Below are positions 8,795 to 16,934 of a stretch of 64,000 nt of DNA, piece after piece. How positions within the stretch are numbered: the first letter of the stretch is position 1; each line of letters starts with the position of its first letter. The position numbers were made by a program, and so were the translations under genes. The notes below the pieces were generated by a model. It ran no database searches, was not told the origin of the DNA, and saw nothing but the letters and a program-made list of their open reading frames with translations. This stretch comes from Gaiellaceae bacterium. Lineage in GTDB: Bacteria; Actinomycetota; Thermoleophilia; Gaiellales; Gaiellaceae. The stretch is from the NCBI GenBank assembly GCA_035279325.1, contig DATEHY010000050.1, forward strand, positions 11,363 through 75,362, read 5' to 3'.

Positions 8795-10522
8795 GTGCGG
8801 ATCGCGCTCGTCACGCCGTTTGCCTGGTCGCAACCGCACGACGTGAACGAGCACGTGGACGGGCTCGCGCACGAGTTGCGACGCCGCGGCCACGCGGTCA
8901 CGATCCTCGCGCCGTCGAACCGAGCGCGCGACCTCGCGGCGGGGCGGCGCGCGCTGCTCGGCTCCGTCGACGATCGCGAGCTGATCGCGATCGGCCCCGC
9001 GGTGCCGATCTCCCGGCGCAGCCGGATGGGCGTGCCGGTCGGAGTTCGCGCGAGCCTCTCCCTCGCTGTCGCGAAGGGCGGGTTCGACGTCGTCCACGGC
9101 TTCGAGCCCGGACTGCCGAGCCTTTCGTACCTCGCTCTGCGGGACTCGGCCGCGCTCACGGCGGCGACCTTCTTCTCGGACGAGCGGCTCGGGTATCCGC
9201 CCGGCCGCGCGCAGCGCGAGCGACTGCTCGCGCGTGTCGACGCGCTCCTCGCGACGAGCAAGAACGTCGCGGACGCCGCGGCGGTGCGTTTCCCCGGCCG
9301 CTACGAGCTGGTGCCGCACGGCATCGATCCGGAGCTCTTTGCACCCGGCGAGAAGCGAAAGCTCGTCGTGCTCGAGTGGCGTCAGACCGAGCGGCCGCTC
9401 TTACGCGCGCTCGTCCGCGAGCTTGCCGAGCAGCCGGAGTGGGAGCTCGTGCTGCTGCGCACGCGGGTTCCCGCCTCGCGTCCGGGTGTCTCGCACCGGC
9501 TCCGCGGGCGGATGCGCGTGCGCACCGCGCGTACGGGCGCCGCCCGCGCCGAGTTGTTCCGGGCCGCTTCGATCTTCGTCCCGGCCGCCGAAGGGCTCGC
9601 GCGCCTCGTCGCCGAGGCCCAGACGGCGGGAGTCGCGGTCGCGGCTCCGCCCGGTCGCGCCGAGCAGCCCGAGCTCGCCGCCGCGGAGACGGCGCGGATG
9701 ATCGAGGACGAGACCTTCCGCGCACGCCGGGCCGAGGAGAGCCTCGAGGCGGCGAAGTCCCAGACGGTCGAGGCGCTCGCCGACCGCGTGGAGGAGGTCT
9801 ACGACCGCGTCGCCTCCCGCCGGCGCAGCCGCAACACCGGCCCCAGCCCCGAGGAACGCGACTGGATCGTCGCCGACCTCCACCTTCACACGAGCTGGTC
9901 GCACGACTGCTCGATCGACGTCGACGAGCTGCTCGACCATGCCGAGGCGCAGGGGCTCGGCGCAATCGCGGTCACCGACCACAACGTGTTCGGCGGCGCC
10001 CTCGAGGCGGTCGAGCGCGCGCGCGGCCGCCGCCTCGTGGTCATCCCGGGCGAAGAGGTCAAGACGGCAGACCAGGGCGAGGTGATCGGGCTGTTCCTGC
10101 GGGAGGAGATCCCGCGCGGCATGTCCTTCGGCGAAACCATCGCGGCGATTCGTGCCCAGGGCGGCCTCGTCTACCTGCCGCACCCCTTCGATCGGATGCA
10201 CGCGATCCCGGAACCCGCGACGCTGCACCGCCACCTGGCCGAGGTCGACGTGCTCGAGGTCTACAACGCGCGGCTGCTCTTCGAGGCGTACAACGAGGAG
10301 GCGCTTCGCTTCGCGCGCAAGTACAACCTCACGCCCGGCGCCGGGTCCGACGCACACGTCCTCGCGGGTGTCGGCACCGGCGCCGTCCGGATGCGCCGCT
10401 TCAACGGGCCGGAGGAGTTCCTCGTCTCCCTCCACGACGCGGAGGTGCTGCGCCGCCCGAAGTCGCTCGTCTACCTGCAGGGGCTCAAGTGGGTGGCGCA
10501 GGCGAAGGAGCGTGTGCGCTAG
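8795..10522 (+). CDS. Fusion protein: PimA-like GT4 glycosyltransferase (about residues 1-340) plus PHP-family phosphoesterase (about residues 356-575)
   Basis: The N-terminal part aligns by eye with PimA: VRIALVTPF...HVDGLAHELRRRGHAVTILAP, FDVVHGFEPGLPSLSYLALR, VPHGIDPELF, and E-x7-E as EGLARLVAE. The C-terminal part carries PHP motifs DLHLHTSWSHDC, AVTDHN, IPGEEV, LPHPFD and GSDAH. It starts with GTG at 8795, in the frame of track ORF 8114..10522. Confidence 0.8.
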   Translation: MRIALVTPFAWSQPHDVNEHVDGLAHELRRRGHAVTILAPSNRARDLAAGRRALLGSVDDRELIAIGPAVPISRRSRMGVPVGVRASLSLAVAKGGFDVVHGFEPGLPSLSYLALRDSAALTAATFFSDERLGYPPGRAQRERLLARVDALLATSKNVADAAAVRFPGRYELVPHGIDPELFAPGEKRKLVVLEWRQTERPLLRALVRELAEQPEWELVLLRTRVPASRPGVSHRLRGRMRVRTARTGAARAELFRAASIFVPAAEGLARLVAEAQTAGVAVAAPPGRAEQPELAAAETARMIEDETFRARRAEESLEAAKSQTVEALADRVEEVYDRVASRRRSRNTGPSPEERDWIVADLHLHTSWSHDCSIDVDELLDHAEAQGLGAIAVTDHNVFGGALEAVERARGRRLVVIPGEEVKTADQGEVIGLFLREEIPRGMSFGETIAAIRAQGGLVYLPHPFDRMHAIPEPATLHRHLAEVDVLEVYNARLLFEAYNEEALRFARKYNLTPGAGSDAHVLAGVGTGAVRMRRFNGPEEFLVSLHDAEVLRRPKSLVYLQGLKWVAQAKERVR

Positions 10523-10734
10523 ACGCAGCCGGGGAGGGTCTGGACCGTCACCGTGTCGCCCCGCCCGAGGGGACGGAGGAGGATCTCGGGCCCGTGCTTC
10601 GGCTTCGCTGCTCGCGTGTGCATGCGTGAGGTACGAACGCGCCGCGGCGAGCGGTTCATCCCTTCGCACGGCGATGCGCCGGACCGCCCAAGGAACGGGT
10701 GCGCTGATCCCGAACCATCCATCCGGGGCAACAA

Positions 10735-11319
10735 GTGACCGTGGCCAACGACGAGATCTACGAGAAGTACCTGCAAAAAGCGATCACCGAGAGCAACGCC
10801 CTCGGCGACGAGCTTGCGCATGCCGCGGGCAGCGCCCGTGTGCCGGTGCTCGGCTCCGGCCACCCGCTCGCCGACGTCTTCCTGCTCAAGTACGCACCGC
10901 AGGCCTCGGAGCTGCAGGAGGGAGTCGCGTTCTACGGCCGCGCCGGCAATGCACTGCTGAAGTCGCTGCAACGACTACGTGTGGACCCCATGGCGATCTA
11001 CGGGACGAACTGTCTCAAGTTCGCGGGCGGCGACGAGGACGAGTCGCGGCCCTTCCTGCTGCGCGAGCTGCACATCGTCCAGCCGAAGCTCGTCGTCGCG
11101 ATGGGCGAGCCCTCCCTCGCCTTCCTGAACGCGGCCCGGTTCCCGCTCGCGCGCGAGCTCGACCTGCTCGAGGGCGAGCTCCAGGAGTACACGCCGACGA
11201 TCCAGGGGCTCGTCACGCCCGACATCGACGAGTCGCTCGACGAGCAGCCGGCGAAGACGGCGTTCTGGAACGCCTTCAAGGTGCTCGGCGAGTGGTGGAG
11301 CCAGACACCTCCGTACTGA
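10735..11319 (+). CDS. Uracil-DNA-glycosylase-superfamily protein (family 4/5-like fold) lacking both canonical catalytic motifs
   Basis: It aligns by eye to family-4 UDGs (FYGRAGNALLKSL, IYGTNCLKF, KLVVAMG). Motif A GE(A/Q)PG is replaced by KYAPQ, and the motif B HP(S/A) position reads TPD. Confidence 0.6.
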   Translation: MTVANDEIYEKYLQKAITESNALGDELAHAAGSARVPVLGSGHPLADVFLLKYAPQASELQEGVAFYGRAGNALLKSLQRLRVDPMAIYGTNCLKFAGGDEDESRPFLLRELHIVQPKLVVAMGEPSLAFLNAARFPLARELDLLEGELQEYTPTIQGLVTPDIDESLDEQPAKTAFWNAFKVLGEWWSQTPPY

Positions 11320-11357
11320 GGCGCGGAGCGGCCTTCGTCGTCCTCGCGGCCGCGGTC

Positions 11358-12014
11358 GTGACGTGGGACGCCGTCGCACCGCACCTGGACGCGGTCTCGG
11401 TCTGGCCGGCGGTCGCCGTGATTGCCGCGGGAGTGCTTCCGGCGACGCTCGCGCTCATCTTCCTCGCCCTGCCGCTCTGGTCACGGCACCGGACGGTCGT
11501 GGCAGCACTCGCCGTGTTCGTCGCAGCAGCGGTCGCGACGTGGGAGGCGGACGCGCATCTCGCCTCGAACTTCCTGAAGCTCGCGGCATACACGTGCGCC
11601 GGCTGGGCGTTCCTCTGGCTGTTCGAGGAGCTGAGCTGGGTGCTGCTCATTGCGCTGATCATCCCGTTCGTCGATGCGATCTCGGTTGCCGCCGGACCGA
11701 CGCACACCATCGTCAAGCACCACTTCCAGGTGTACTCGGCGGTCGCCGTCGCGTTCGTCGCCCCCGGCGGACGGGCGGCGGGCCTCGGCCCGCCCGACGT
11801 CCTCTTCTTCGCCCTCTTCCTCGCCGCCGCGGTGCGCTGGGGGCTCAGGCCCGGGTGGACGTGGCTCGCGATGACGGGGATGTATGCACTTACGCTCGTG
11901 ATCGCCAACGCGACGAACGTCGACGGCCTGCCGGCGCTGCCCTTTCTCTCGTTCGGCTTCCTGGCCGCGAACTGCGACCTACTCTGGCGGCGCCTGAGAC
12001 CCCGCGGCGCCTAG
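11358..12014 (+). CDS. Polytopic membrane protein of unknown function
   Basis: About 6 hydrophobic segments in the frame of track ORF 10152..12014. The first usable start after the UDG-like stop is the GTG at 11358; a CTG at 11316 is also possible. Confidence 0.55.
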   Translation: MTWDAVAPHLDAVSVWPAVAVIAAGVLPATLALIFLALPLWSRHRTVVAALAVFVAAAVATWEADAHLASNFLKLAAYTCAGWAFLWLFEELSWVLLIALIIPFVDAISVAAGPTHTIVKHHFQVYSAVAVAFVAPGGRAAGLGPPDVLFFALFLAAAVRWGLRPGWTWLAMTGMYALTLVIANATNVDGLPALPFLSFGFLAANCDLLWRRLRPRGA

Positions 12015-12239
12015 CTCTTCTCCGTCGTGCAAGGCCTCGCGGAGACCTCGCTCGCTGCCGGGCGTCGGATCGCCCTTGCTCCAAAACCGAACCGGATGAA
12101 AGATCGAAGTCAGCCAGCCGAACCCGAACGAGAACCGAACGTCGCGCGCCATTTCCTTGTCCTCTTCCTCCCACCCGACCTCGCGAGTTTCTTCGTCGAG
12201 CTTCGCGAGCGCTTCCTTCTCCTCGGGGGAATCGGCCAC
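11979..12239 (-). CDS. Small hypothetical protein (86 aa; acidic N-terminus, aromatic FSFGFGWLTSIFHPVRFW core)
   Basis: GTG start 10 nt downstream of the methyltransferase stop. By hand count GC3 is about 76 %, lower than the neighbours. The 3' end overlaps the convergent membrane-protein gene by 36 nt. Confidence 0.4.
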   Translation of the reverse strand: MADSPEEKEALAKLDEETREVGWEEEDKEMARDVRFSFGFGWLTSIFHPVRFWSKGDPTPGSERGLREALHDGEELGAAGSQAPPE

Positions 12240-12248
12240 CCCCCGAGC

Positions 12249-13619
12249 CTACGCCGTACGCTCGAGCAGCGCCACACACTCGACGTGCGGCGTGTGCGGG
12301 AACATGTCCACCGGCGTCACGTGCCGGAGCTCGTAGCCGTAGTCCTCGCGTAAAGCCTTTGCGTCGCCCGCGAGCGTCGTCGGGTTGCAGGAGACGTAGA
12401 CGAGCCGGGGCGCGCCGATACGGCCGAGCCGTCGCAGCGCCTTGCCCGCCAGGCCGGCGCGAGGCGGGTCGACGACGACGACGTCCGGCGGCCCGGAGCG
12501 CTCGAGCAGCTCCTCCACGACCTCGCCGACGTTGCCGGCGAAGAAGGCTGCGTTCGTGATCGCGTTGAGCTCCGCGTTCTCGAGCGCGCAGGCGACGGAC
12601 TCCTCCGAGACCTCGATCCCCCACACGGTCAGCGCGTCGCCGGCGAGCGAGAGCCCGATCGTGCCGATGCCGCAGTAGAGATCCCAGACGGTCTCGTCGC
12701 CGGTCAGCCCGGCCGCTTCTCGCACGAGCCCATAGAGCCGCTCGGCCATCGCCGTGTTCGTCTGGAGGAACGCGTTCGGGCGGACCCGGAAGCGAAGCCC
12801 GCAGAGCTCCTCCTCGATCCACTCCTCGCCCCAGAGCAGCCGCGTCGGGAGGTTCGTCACCTCGGCGGGCGTGTCGTTCACCGACCAGTGGACCGAACGA
12901 ACCTCCGGGAAGCGGCGCAGGACGTCGACGAGGTAGCCCGGCTCGAATCGCTCGCCCGGCGCGGTCACGAGCTGGACGAGCGCCTGGCCGGTGTTGCGGC
13001 CCTGGCGCACGACGAGATGGCGGAGATAGCCACTCCCGTCGGCCTGCGAGTACGCCTCGAGCCCCTCCTCGCGGGCCCAGGCGCGCACGGCGTCCCGGAT
13101 CCCGTTGCCAAGCTCGTCGGTGAGCCAGCACTTCTCGATCTCGAGCACCTCGTCCCAGCGGCCCGCCCGGTGGAAGCCGAGCGCTGCGCCCTCGGGCGTC
13201 GAGGTGAACGAGTACTCGAGCTTGTTGCGGTAGTGGAAGATCTCCGGCTCGCACGGGAGGATCTGCTCGAGCGGAGGCTCGGCGATGCCACCGAGCCGCT
13301 GCAGTGCGTCACTCACCTGGAGCTGCTTCTGCTCGAGCTGCGCCTCGTACGCGAGGTCCTGGAAACGGCAGCCGCCGCAGGCCGGGAAATGGGCACACGG
13401 CGCTTCCACCCGCTCGGGCCCCGGCCGCAGCACCTCGGTCGCGAGCGCCTCGGCATGGCTGCGCTTGACCTTGGTGACGCGCGCGCGGACGCGGTCGCCC
13501 GGGAGGCCGCGCCGCACGAAGACGACGAAGCCACCGAGCCGCGCGACGCCGTTCCCTCCGTACGCGAGCGAGTCGACGTCGAGCTCGAGCTCGTCGCCCC
13601 TGGCGACGGGCGCGGCCAC
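12249..13619 (-). CDS. TRAM-domain RNA (uracil-5-)-methyltransferase, RumA/RlmD/TrmA family
   Basis: TRAM region GGNGVARLGGFVVFVRRGLPGDRVRARV, Fe-S motif CAHFPACGGCRFQ, and SAM-MTase motifs DLYCGIGTIGL and VVVDPPRAG. The GTG at 13619 lies 2 nt after the yjbQ stop. Confidence 0.85.
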   Translation of the reverse strand: MAAPVARGDELELDVDSLAYGGNGVARLGGFVVFVRRGLPGDRVRARVTKVKRSHAEALATEVLRPGPERVEAPCAHFPACGGCRFQDLAYEAQLEQKQLQVSDALQRLGGIAEPPLEQILPCEPEIFHYRNKLEYSFTSTPEGAALGFHRAGRWDEVLEIEKCWLTDELGNGIRDAVRAWAREEGLEAYSQADGSGYLRHLVVRQGRNTGQALVQLVTAPGERFEPGYLVDVLRRFPEVRSVHWSVNDTPAEVTNLPTRLLWGEEWIEEELCGLRFRVRPNAFLQTNTAMAERLYGLVREAAGLTGDETVWDLYCGIGTIGLSLAGDALTVWGIEVSEESVACALENAELNAITNAAFFAGNVGEVVEELLERSGPPDVVVVDPPRAGLAGKALRRLGRIGAPRLVYVSCNPTTLAGDAKALREDYGYELRHVTPVDMFPHTPHVECVALLERTA

Positions 13620-13621
13620 CG

Positions 13622-14023
13622 CTAGCTCAGCGTCGCGACGTAGATCTTGCGCTCGCGCGGCCCGTCGAACTCGCAGAAGAAGACGCCCTGATACGTGCCC
13701 AGGGCGAGCCCTCCGTCGCGGAGCGGAATGAGCACCTGCGGGCTCGAGGCGAGCGAGGCGCGCGCGTGGGACGGGGCGTTCGGCCCGTCCTCGTCGTCGT
13801 GGCGCCACTCCCAGTCGTCCCCCACCACACGGTGAAACGCATTCTCGAGATCGGTCACGAGCTCGGGATCGATCCGCTCGTTGATCGCAACGCCCGCAGT
13901 CGTGTGCGGCACGTACACGAGCGCAGCCGAGGCGCCGTTCGTCCCGCCCAGCGCGTCTCGAACGAGATCGGTGATCTCGATCAGCTGCGTCTTCCGCTCG
14001 GTCTTGAGGGAGATCTCGCGCAC
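13622..14023 (-). CDS. yjbQ: YjbQ/UPF0047 family protein (secondary thiamine-phosphate synthase fold)
   Basis: The 133-aa ORF contains LVYVPHTTAGVAINE, PSHARASL and LGTYQGVFFCEFDGPR. Confidence 0.85.
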   Translation of the reverse strand: MREISLKTERKTQLIEITDLVRDALGGTNGASAALVYVPHTTAGVAINERIDPELVTDLENAFHRVVGDDWEWRHDDEDGPNAPSHARASLASSPQVLIPLRDGGLALGTYQGVFFCEFDGPRERKIYVATLS

Positions 14024-14028
14024 GGGTC

Positions 14029-14035
14029 TATCCTA
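14029..14035. promoter_or_regulatory. Overlapping divergent -10 boxes TATCCT (plus strand, 14029-14034) and TAGGAT (minus strand, 14035-14030)
   Basis: On the minus strand the sequence reads TAGGAT-agaccc-GTG, with the yjbQ start at 14023 (leaderless geometry). On the plus strand TATCCT is followed by 10 nt and then the ATG at 14045. Confidence 0.4.
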
Positions 14036-14044
14036 CGAACCCGC

Positions 14045-15538
14045 ATGGCGCTGCCGCTTCAGCAAGGGGAGATCGACGCGCTCAGCGCCGAGGCCGACCG
14101 CTTCATCGCGGAGCTGGACGAGGAGCACTATCTCCACTTCGCCGGACACAAGGAGACGTTCGACCTCTCTCCGATCTACGAGCGGCACGAGCGCCTGACG
14201 CAGCTCGACACGGCGCTCGCGCTCGGGGCCTCGGTCGACGGCGACCGCCGCAGACGTGAGCTGTGGCGATTCGCCTGCGAGGGCTATCTCGGCAGCTTCG
14301 TCCGCGAGGAGGCGGAGCGGGTCGCCGAGCTCGAGGCGACGCTGACGGCGACGGTCGGCGGCGAAGAGATCCCCTTCCGGATGCTCAGGCCGCGCCTGAT
14401 GAACGAGGAGGATCGCGCCGTCCGCGAGCGGATCGAGGCGGCGAGGAACGAACTCACCGAGGAACACCTGAACGCACTCGAGCTCCAGGCCGCGCGGGTG
14501 GTCCAGCGCGAGACGCAGCGGCTCGGCTCCCCCACCTACGCCGAGCTGTACCGGAGCTTCGGCTTCGGGCTCGACGACCTCGCCGAGCAGTGCCGCCGTT
14601 TGCTCGCGGACACGGAGAGGCTCTGGGAGGAGACCGGCGACCGGTTCTTCCGCTCGCGTGTCGGCATCGGCCTCGCCGACGTGGCCCGCTGGGACGTGGG
14701 ACGCGCATGGCGCGGCGTCGACTGGGACTCTGTTTTCCCGCCCGACCTGATGCTGCCCGCGCTCGAAGGGACGCTGGCGGAGCTCGGGATCGACCTGCGC
14801 GAGCAGCGGAACGTCGAGCTCGACCTCGAGGAGCGCGCCACCAAGGATCCGCGTGCGTTCTGCTCTCCGATCGAGGTCCCGGGGCGCGTCGTGCTCGTGA
14901 TGAAACCGCAGGGGGGGCCGAACGACTGGCGGGCGCTCTTCCACGAGGCCGGCCACACCGAGCACTTCGCCCACACCGACGCTTCGCTGGCGCCGGAGGA
15001 GCGGCGCCTGGGCGACAGCGCGGTCACAGAGGGTTGGGCGATGCTCCTCGAGTACCTGACGACCGACCCGGTGTGGCTCGAGCGCCGGCTCGACTTCCCC
15101 CGGCCGTACGAGTTCGCGGCGGAAGGAGCCGTGCAGCTTCTCTGGATCGTGCGGCGCTACTGCGCGAAGCTCCTCTACGAGCTCGAGTTCCACGCGGCGG
15201 AGGATCCGACGGCGCTGCAGCCGAGGTACGTGGAGCTGCTCGGCGACGCGACGACGGTCGAGCCCGCCCCGGCCGACTACCTCGGGGACATCGACGGCGG
15301 CTTCTATGCCTCGGCGTACCTGCGCGCCTGGGCGTTCGAAGCGCAGCTGCGCGCCCACCTTCGGGAGCGCTTCGGCAACGCGTGGTTCTCGCGCCGCGAG
15401 GCGGGCTCGTTGCTCCGCGAGCTGTGGTCGGAGGGCCAGAAGCCGACCGCCGAGGAGCTGCTCCGCGACGTGACCGGCGAGACCCTCGAGCTCGCGGCCG
15501 TCGGCGATCGCATCCGCGAGGCGCTCGCCACCGCCTGA
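14045..15538 (+). CDS. HExxH zinc metallopeptidase, M3/oligoendopeptidase-F-like
   Basis: LFHEAGHTEHF zinc motif followed by TEGWAMLLEY. It starts with ATG at 14045 in the frame of track ORF 13766..15538. Confidence 0.7.
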   Translation: MALPLQQGEIDALSAEADRFIAELDEEHYLHFAGHKETFDLSPIYERHERLTQLDTALALGASVDGDRRRRELWRFACEGYLGSFVREEAERVAELEATLTATVGGEEIPFRMLRPRLMNEEDRAVRERIEAARNELTEEHLNALELQAARVVQRETQRLGSPTYAELYRSFGFGLDDLAEQCRRLLADTERLWEETGDRFFRSRVGIGLADVARWDVGRAWRGVDWDSVFPPDLMLPALEGTLAELGIDLREQRNVELDLEERATKDPRAFCSPIEVPGRVVLVMKPQGGPNDWRALFHEAGHTEHFAHTDASLAPEERRLGDSAVTEGWAMLLEYLTTDPVWLERRLDFPRPYEFAAEGAVQLLWIVRRYCAKLLYELEFHAAEDPTALQPRYVELLGDATTVEPAPADYLGDIDGGFYASAYLRAWAFEAQLRAHLRERFGNAWFSRREAGSLLRELWSEGQKPTAEELLRDVTGETLELAAVGDRIREALATA

Positions 15539-15543
15539 ACGCA

Positions 15544-15567
15544 GTCGGGCGGCCGCAGCCGCCCGAC
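15544..15567. terminator. Bidirectional GC hairpin between convergent genes
   Basis: GTCGGGCGGC-cgca-GCCGCCCGAC forms a perfect 10-bp stem with a 4-nt loop. There is no U-tract. It lies between the peptidase stop (15538) and the hsp20 stop (15591). Confidence 0.55.
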
Positions 15568-15590
15568 GCGCGTCGCACGAGAGAAGACCC

Positions 15591-16064
15591 CTACTTCTCC
15601 TCGGCCTTGCCCTCGATCGTCTTGTGGCCGCCGACTCCGATCTCGATCTTGCGCGGCTTCGGCTGCTCCGGCTTCGGCACGTGCACCTCGAGCACGCCGT
15701 GCTCGTACTTCGCCGAGACGGCGTCCTCGTTCACGCCCTGCGGCACACCGATCGTGCGCGAGAAGGACCCGAAGCGCCGCTCGAACCGGAAGTACTTCCC
15801 GTCCTCCACCTGGTGCTCGCGAGCGCGCTCGCCGGTGATCGTCAGCGCGCCGTCCTCGAGCTCCACCGAGATCCGGTCCTCGGGAATCCCGGGGAGGTCG
15901 AACGCATAGACGACCTCGTCGTCGGTCTCCCAGACATCGGCAGTCGGAACCCAGCTCTGCGTTGCCTGGCCGTTGCCCTCGAGAAGGCCGTTCATGAACC
16001 GGCTCATCTCGTTCTGCACGGCCGCAAGCTCGCGGAAGGGCTCCCAGCGAACAAGCGTGGCCAT
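15591..16064 (-). CDS. Hsp20/alpha-crystallin small heat-shock protein
   Basis: The 157-aa ORF contains WVPTADVWETDDEVVYAFDLPG, RFERRFGSFSR and AKYEHGVLEVHVPK. An AAGGAGGAAA Shine-Dalgarno lies upstream. Confidence 0.93.
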   Translation of the reverse strand: MATLVRWEPFRELAAVQNEMSRFMNGLLEGNGQATQSWVPTADVWETDDEVVYAFDLPGIPEDRISVELEDGALTITGERAREHQVEDGKYFRFERRFGSFSRTIGVPQGVNEDAVSAKYEHGVLEVHVPKPEQPKPRKIEIGVGGHKTIEGKAEEK

Positions 16065-16104
16065 GTGTTTCCTCCTTGGTGCCGTGATACCTGTTGCTTA
16101 GAGC

Positions 16105-16133
16105 AGAATAAAACCTCAGTGTGTGGATGTCAA
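16105..16133 (-). promoter_or_regulatory. Near-consensus sigma-A type promoter of hsp20: TTGACA, 17 nt spacer, TATTCT
   Basis: The reverse strand reads gagacTTGACAtccacacactgaggtttTATTCTgctctaagc, followed by a leader of about 45 nt with a Shine-Dalgarno. Confidence 0.55.
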
Positions 16134-16147
16134 GTCTCTTCGGACCC

Positions 16148-16153
16148 TAAACT
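16148..16153 (+). promoter_or_regulatory. Candidate -10 box TAAACT, 6 nt upstream of the rhomboid ATG (leaderless geometry)
   Basis: The sequence reads gacccTAAACTccgccgATG. Confidence 0.35.
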
Positions 16154-16159
16154 CCGCCG

Positions 16160-16882
16160 ATGCTCCCGCTGCGCGACAGCGTCCCCGGCCGGACGATCCC
16201 CTTCGTCACGGTCGGACTGATCGTCGTGAACTTCCTCGTGTGGTTCTGGGAGCTGCGCAGCCCGGGCGTCGACGTGCACGTGTTCCGGGACGGCTTCTAC
16301 CCGTGCGCGCTGCACGGGCCGTGCCACCTGCCGCCCGGCTTCCACGCGCTGCCCTGGTACGAGGGCGTCTTCACGGGCATGTTCATGCACGCCGGCTGGG
16401 AGCACATCCTCGGCAACATGCTCTTCTTCTGGATCTTCGGCAACAACGTCGAAGACGCGCTCGGACACGTCGGGTTCCTCTTCTGGTACCTCGCCGCCGG
16501 CGTCGTCGCCATGGCCGTCCAGAGCTTCGTGACCCTGGAGTTCGCCAGCGCGCAAGGCGCGAGCATCCCGAATGTCGGCGCGAGCGGCGCGATCGCCGGA
16601 GTGCTCGGTGCCTACTTCGTCCTTCTCCCGCGCGCAAAGGTGCTGACGCTGATCTTCATCGGGATCATCTTCATCCGCGAGATCCCCGCCATCTGGTTCC
16701 TCGGCATCTGGATCGCGCTGCAGGCGTGGACGGGCGGCCTCTCGCTGCTGCACCCGCAGTCGGGCGGCGGCGTCGCGTTCTTCGCGCACATCGGCGGCTT
16801 CGCGTTCGGGCTCGCGACGGGCCTCGTTCTCCTCGTCACGCAGCGGAGCCGGCGGCAGCCGCGCGAATATCAGTTCCGGTAA
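16160..16882 (+). CDS. Rhomboid-family intramembrane serine protease
   Basis: HAGWEHILGNMLFFWIFG, the catalytic GASGAIAGVLGAY, and AHIGGFAFG. Confidence 0.9.
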   Translation: MLPLRDSVPGRTIPFVTVGLIVVNFLVWFWELRSPGVDVHVFRDGFYPCALHGPCHLPPGFHALPWYEGVFTGMFMHAGWEHILGNMLFFWIFGNNVEDALGHVGFLFWYLAAGVVAMAVQSFVTLEFASAQGASIPNVGASGAIAGVLGAYFVLLPRAKVLTLIFIGIIFIREIPAIWFLGIWIALQAWTGGLSLLHPQSGGGVAFFAHIGGFAFGLATGLVLLVTQRSRRQPREYQFR

Positions 16883-16896
16883 CGCTGAGGATTCAC

Positions 16897-16919
16897 ACGG
16901 AATGCCACGGGCATGCCGT
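16897..16919 (+). terminator. Hairpin downstream of the rhomboid gene (weak terminator candidate)
   Basis: ACGGAATGCC-acg-GGCATGCCGT forms a 10-bp stem with one mismatch. There is no clear U-tract. Confidence 0.3.
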
Positions 16920-16934
16920 CCGTTGAAAGACGAC

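Noticed and set aside
16902-16934. Longer start (16902) for the DUF2630 gene
   Set aside because: That ATG lies inside the hairpin at 16897-16919 and adds an atypical Cys/Pro/Arg-rich N-terminus. The family-like sequence begins at the ATG at 16935.
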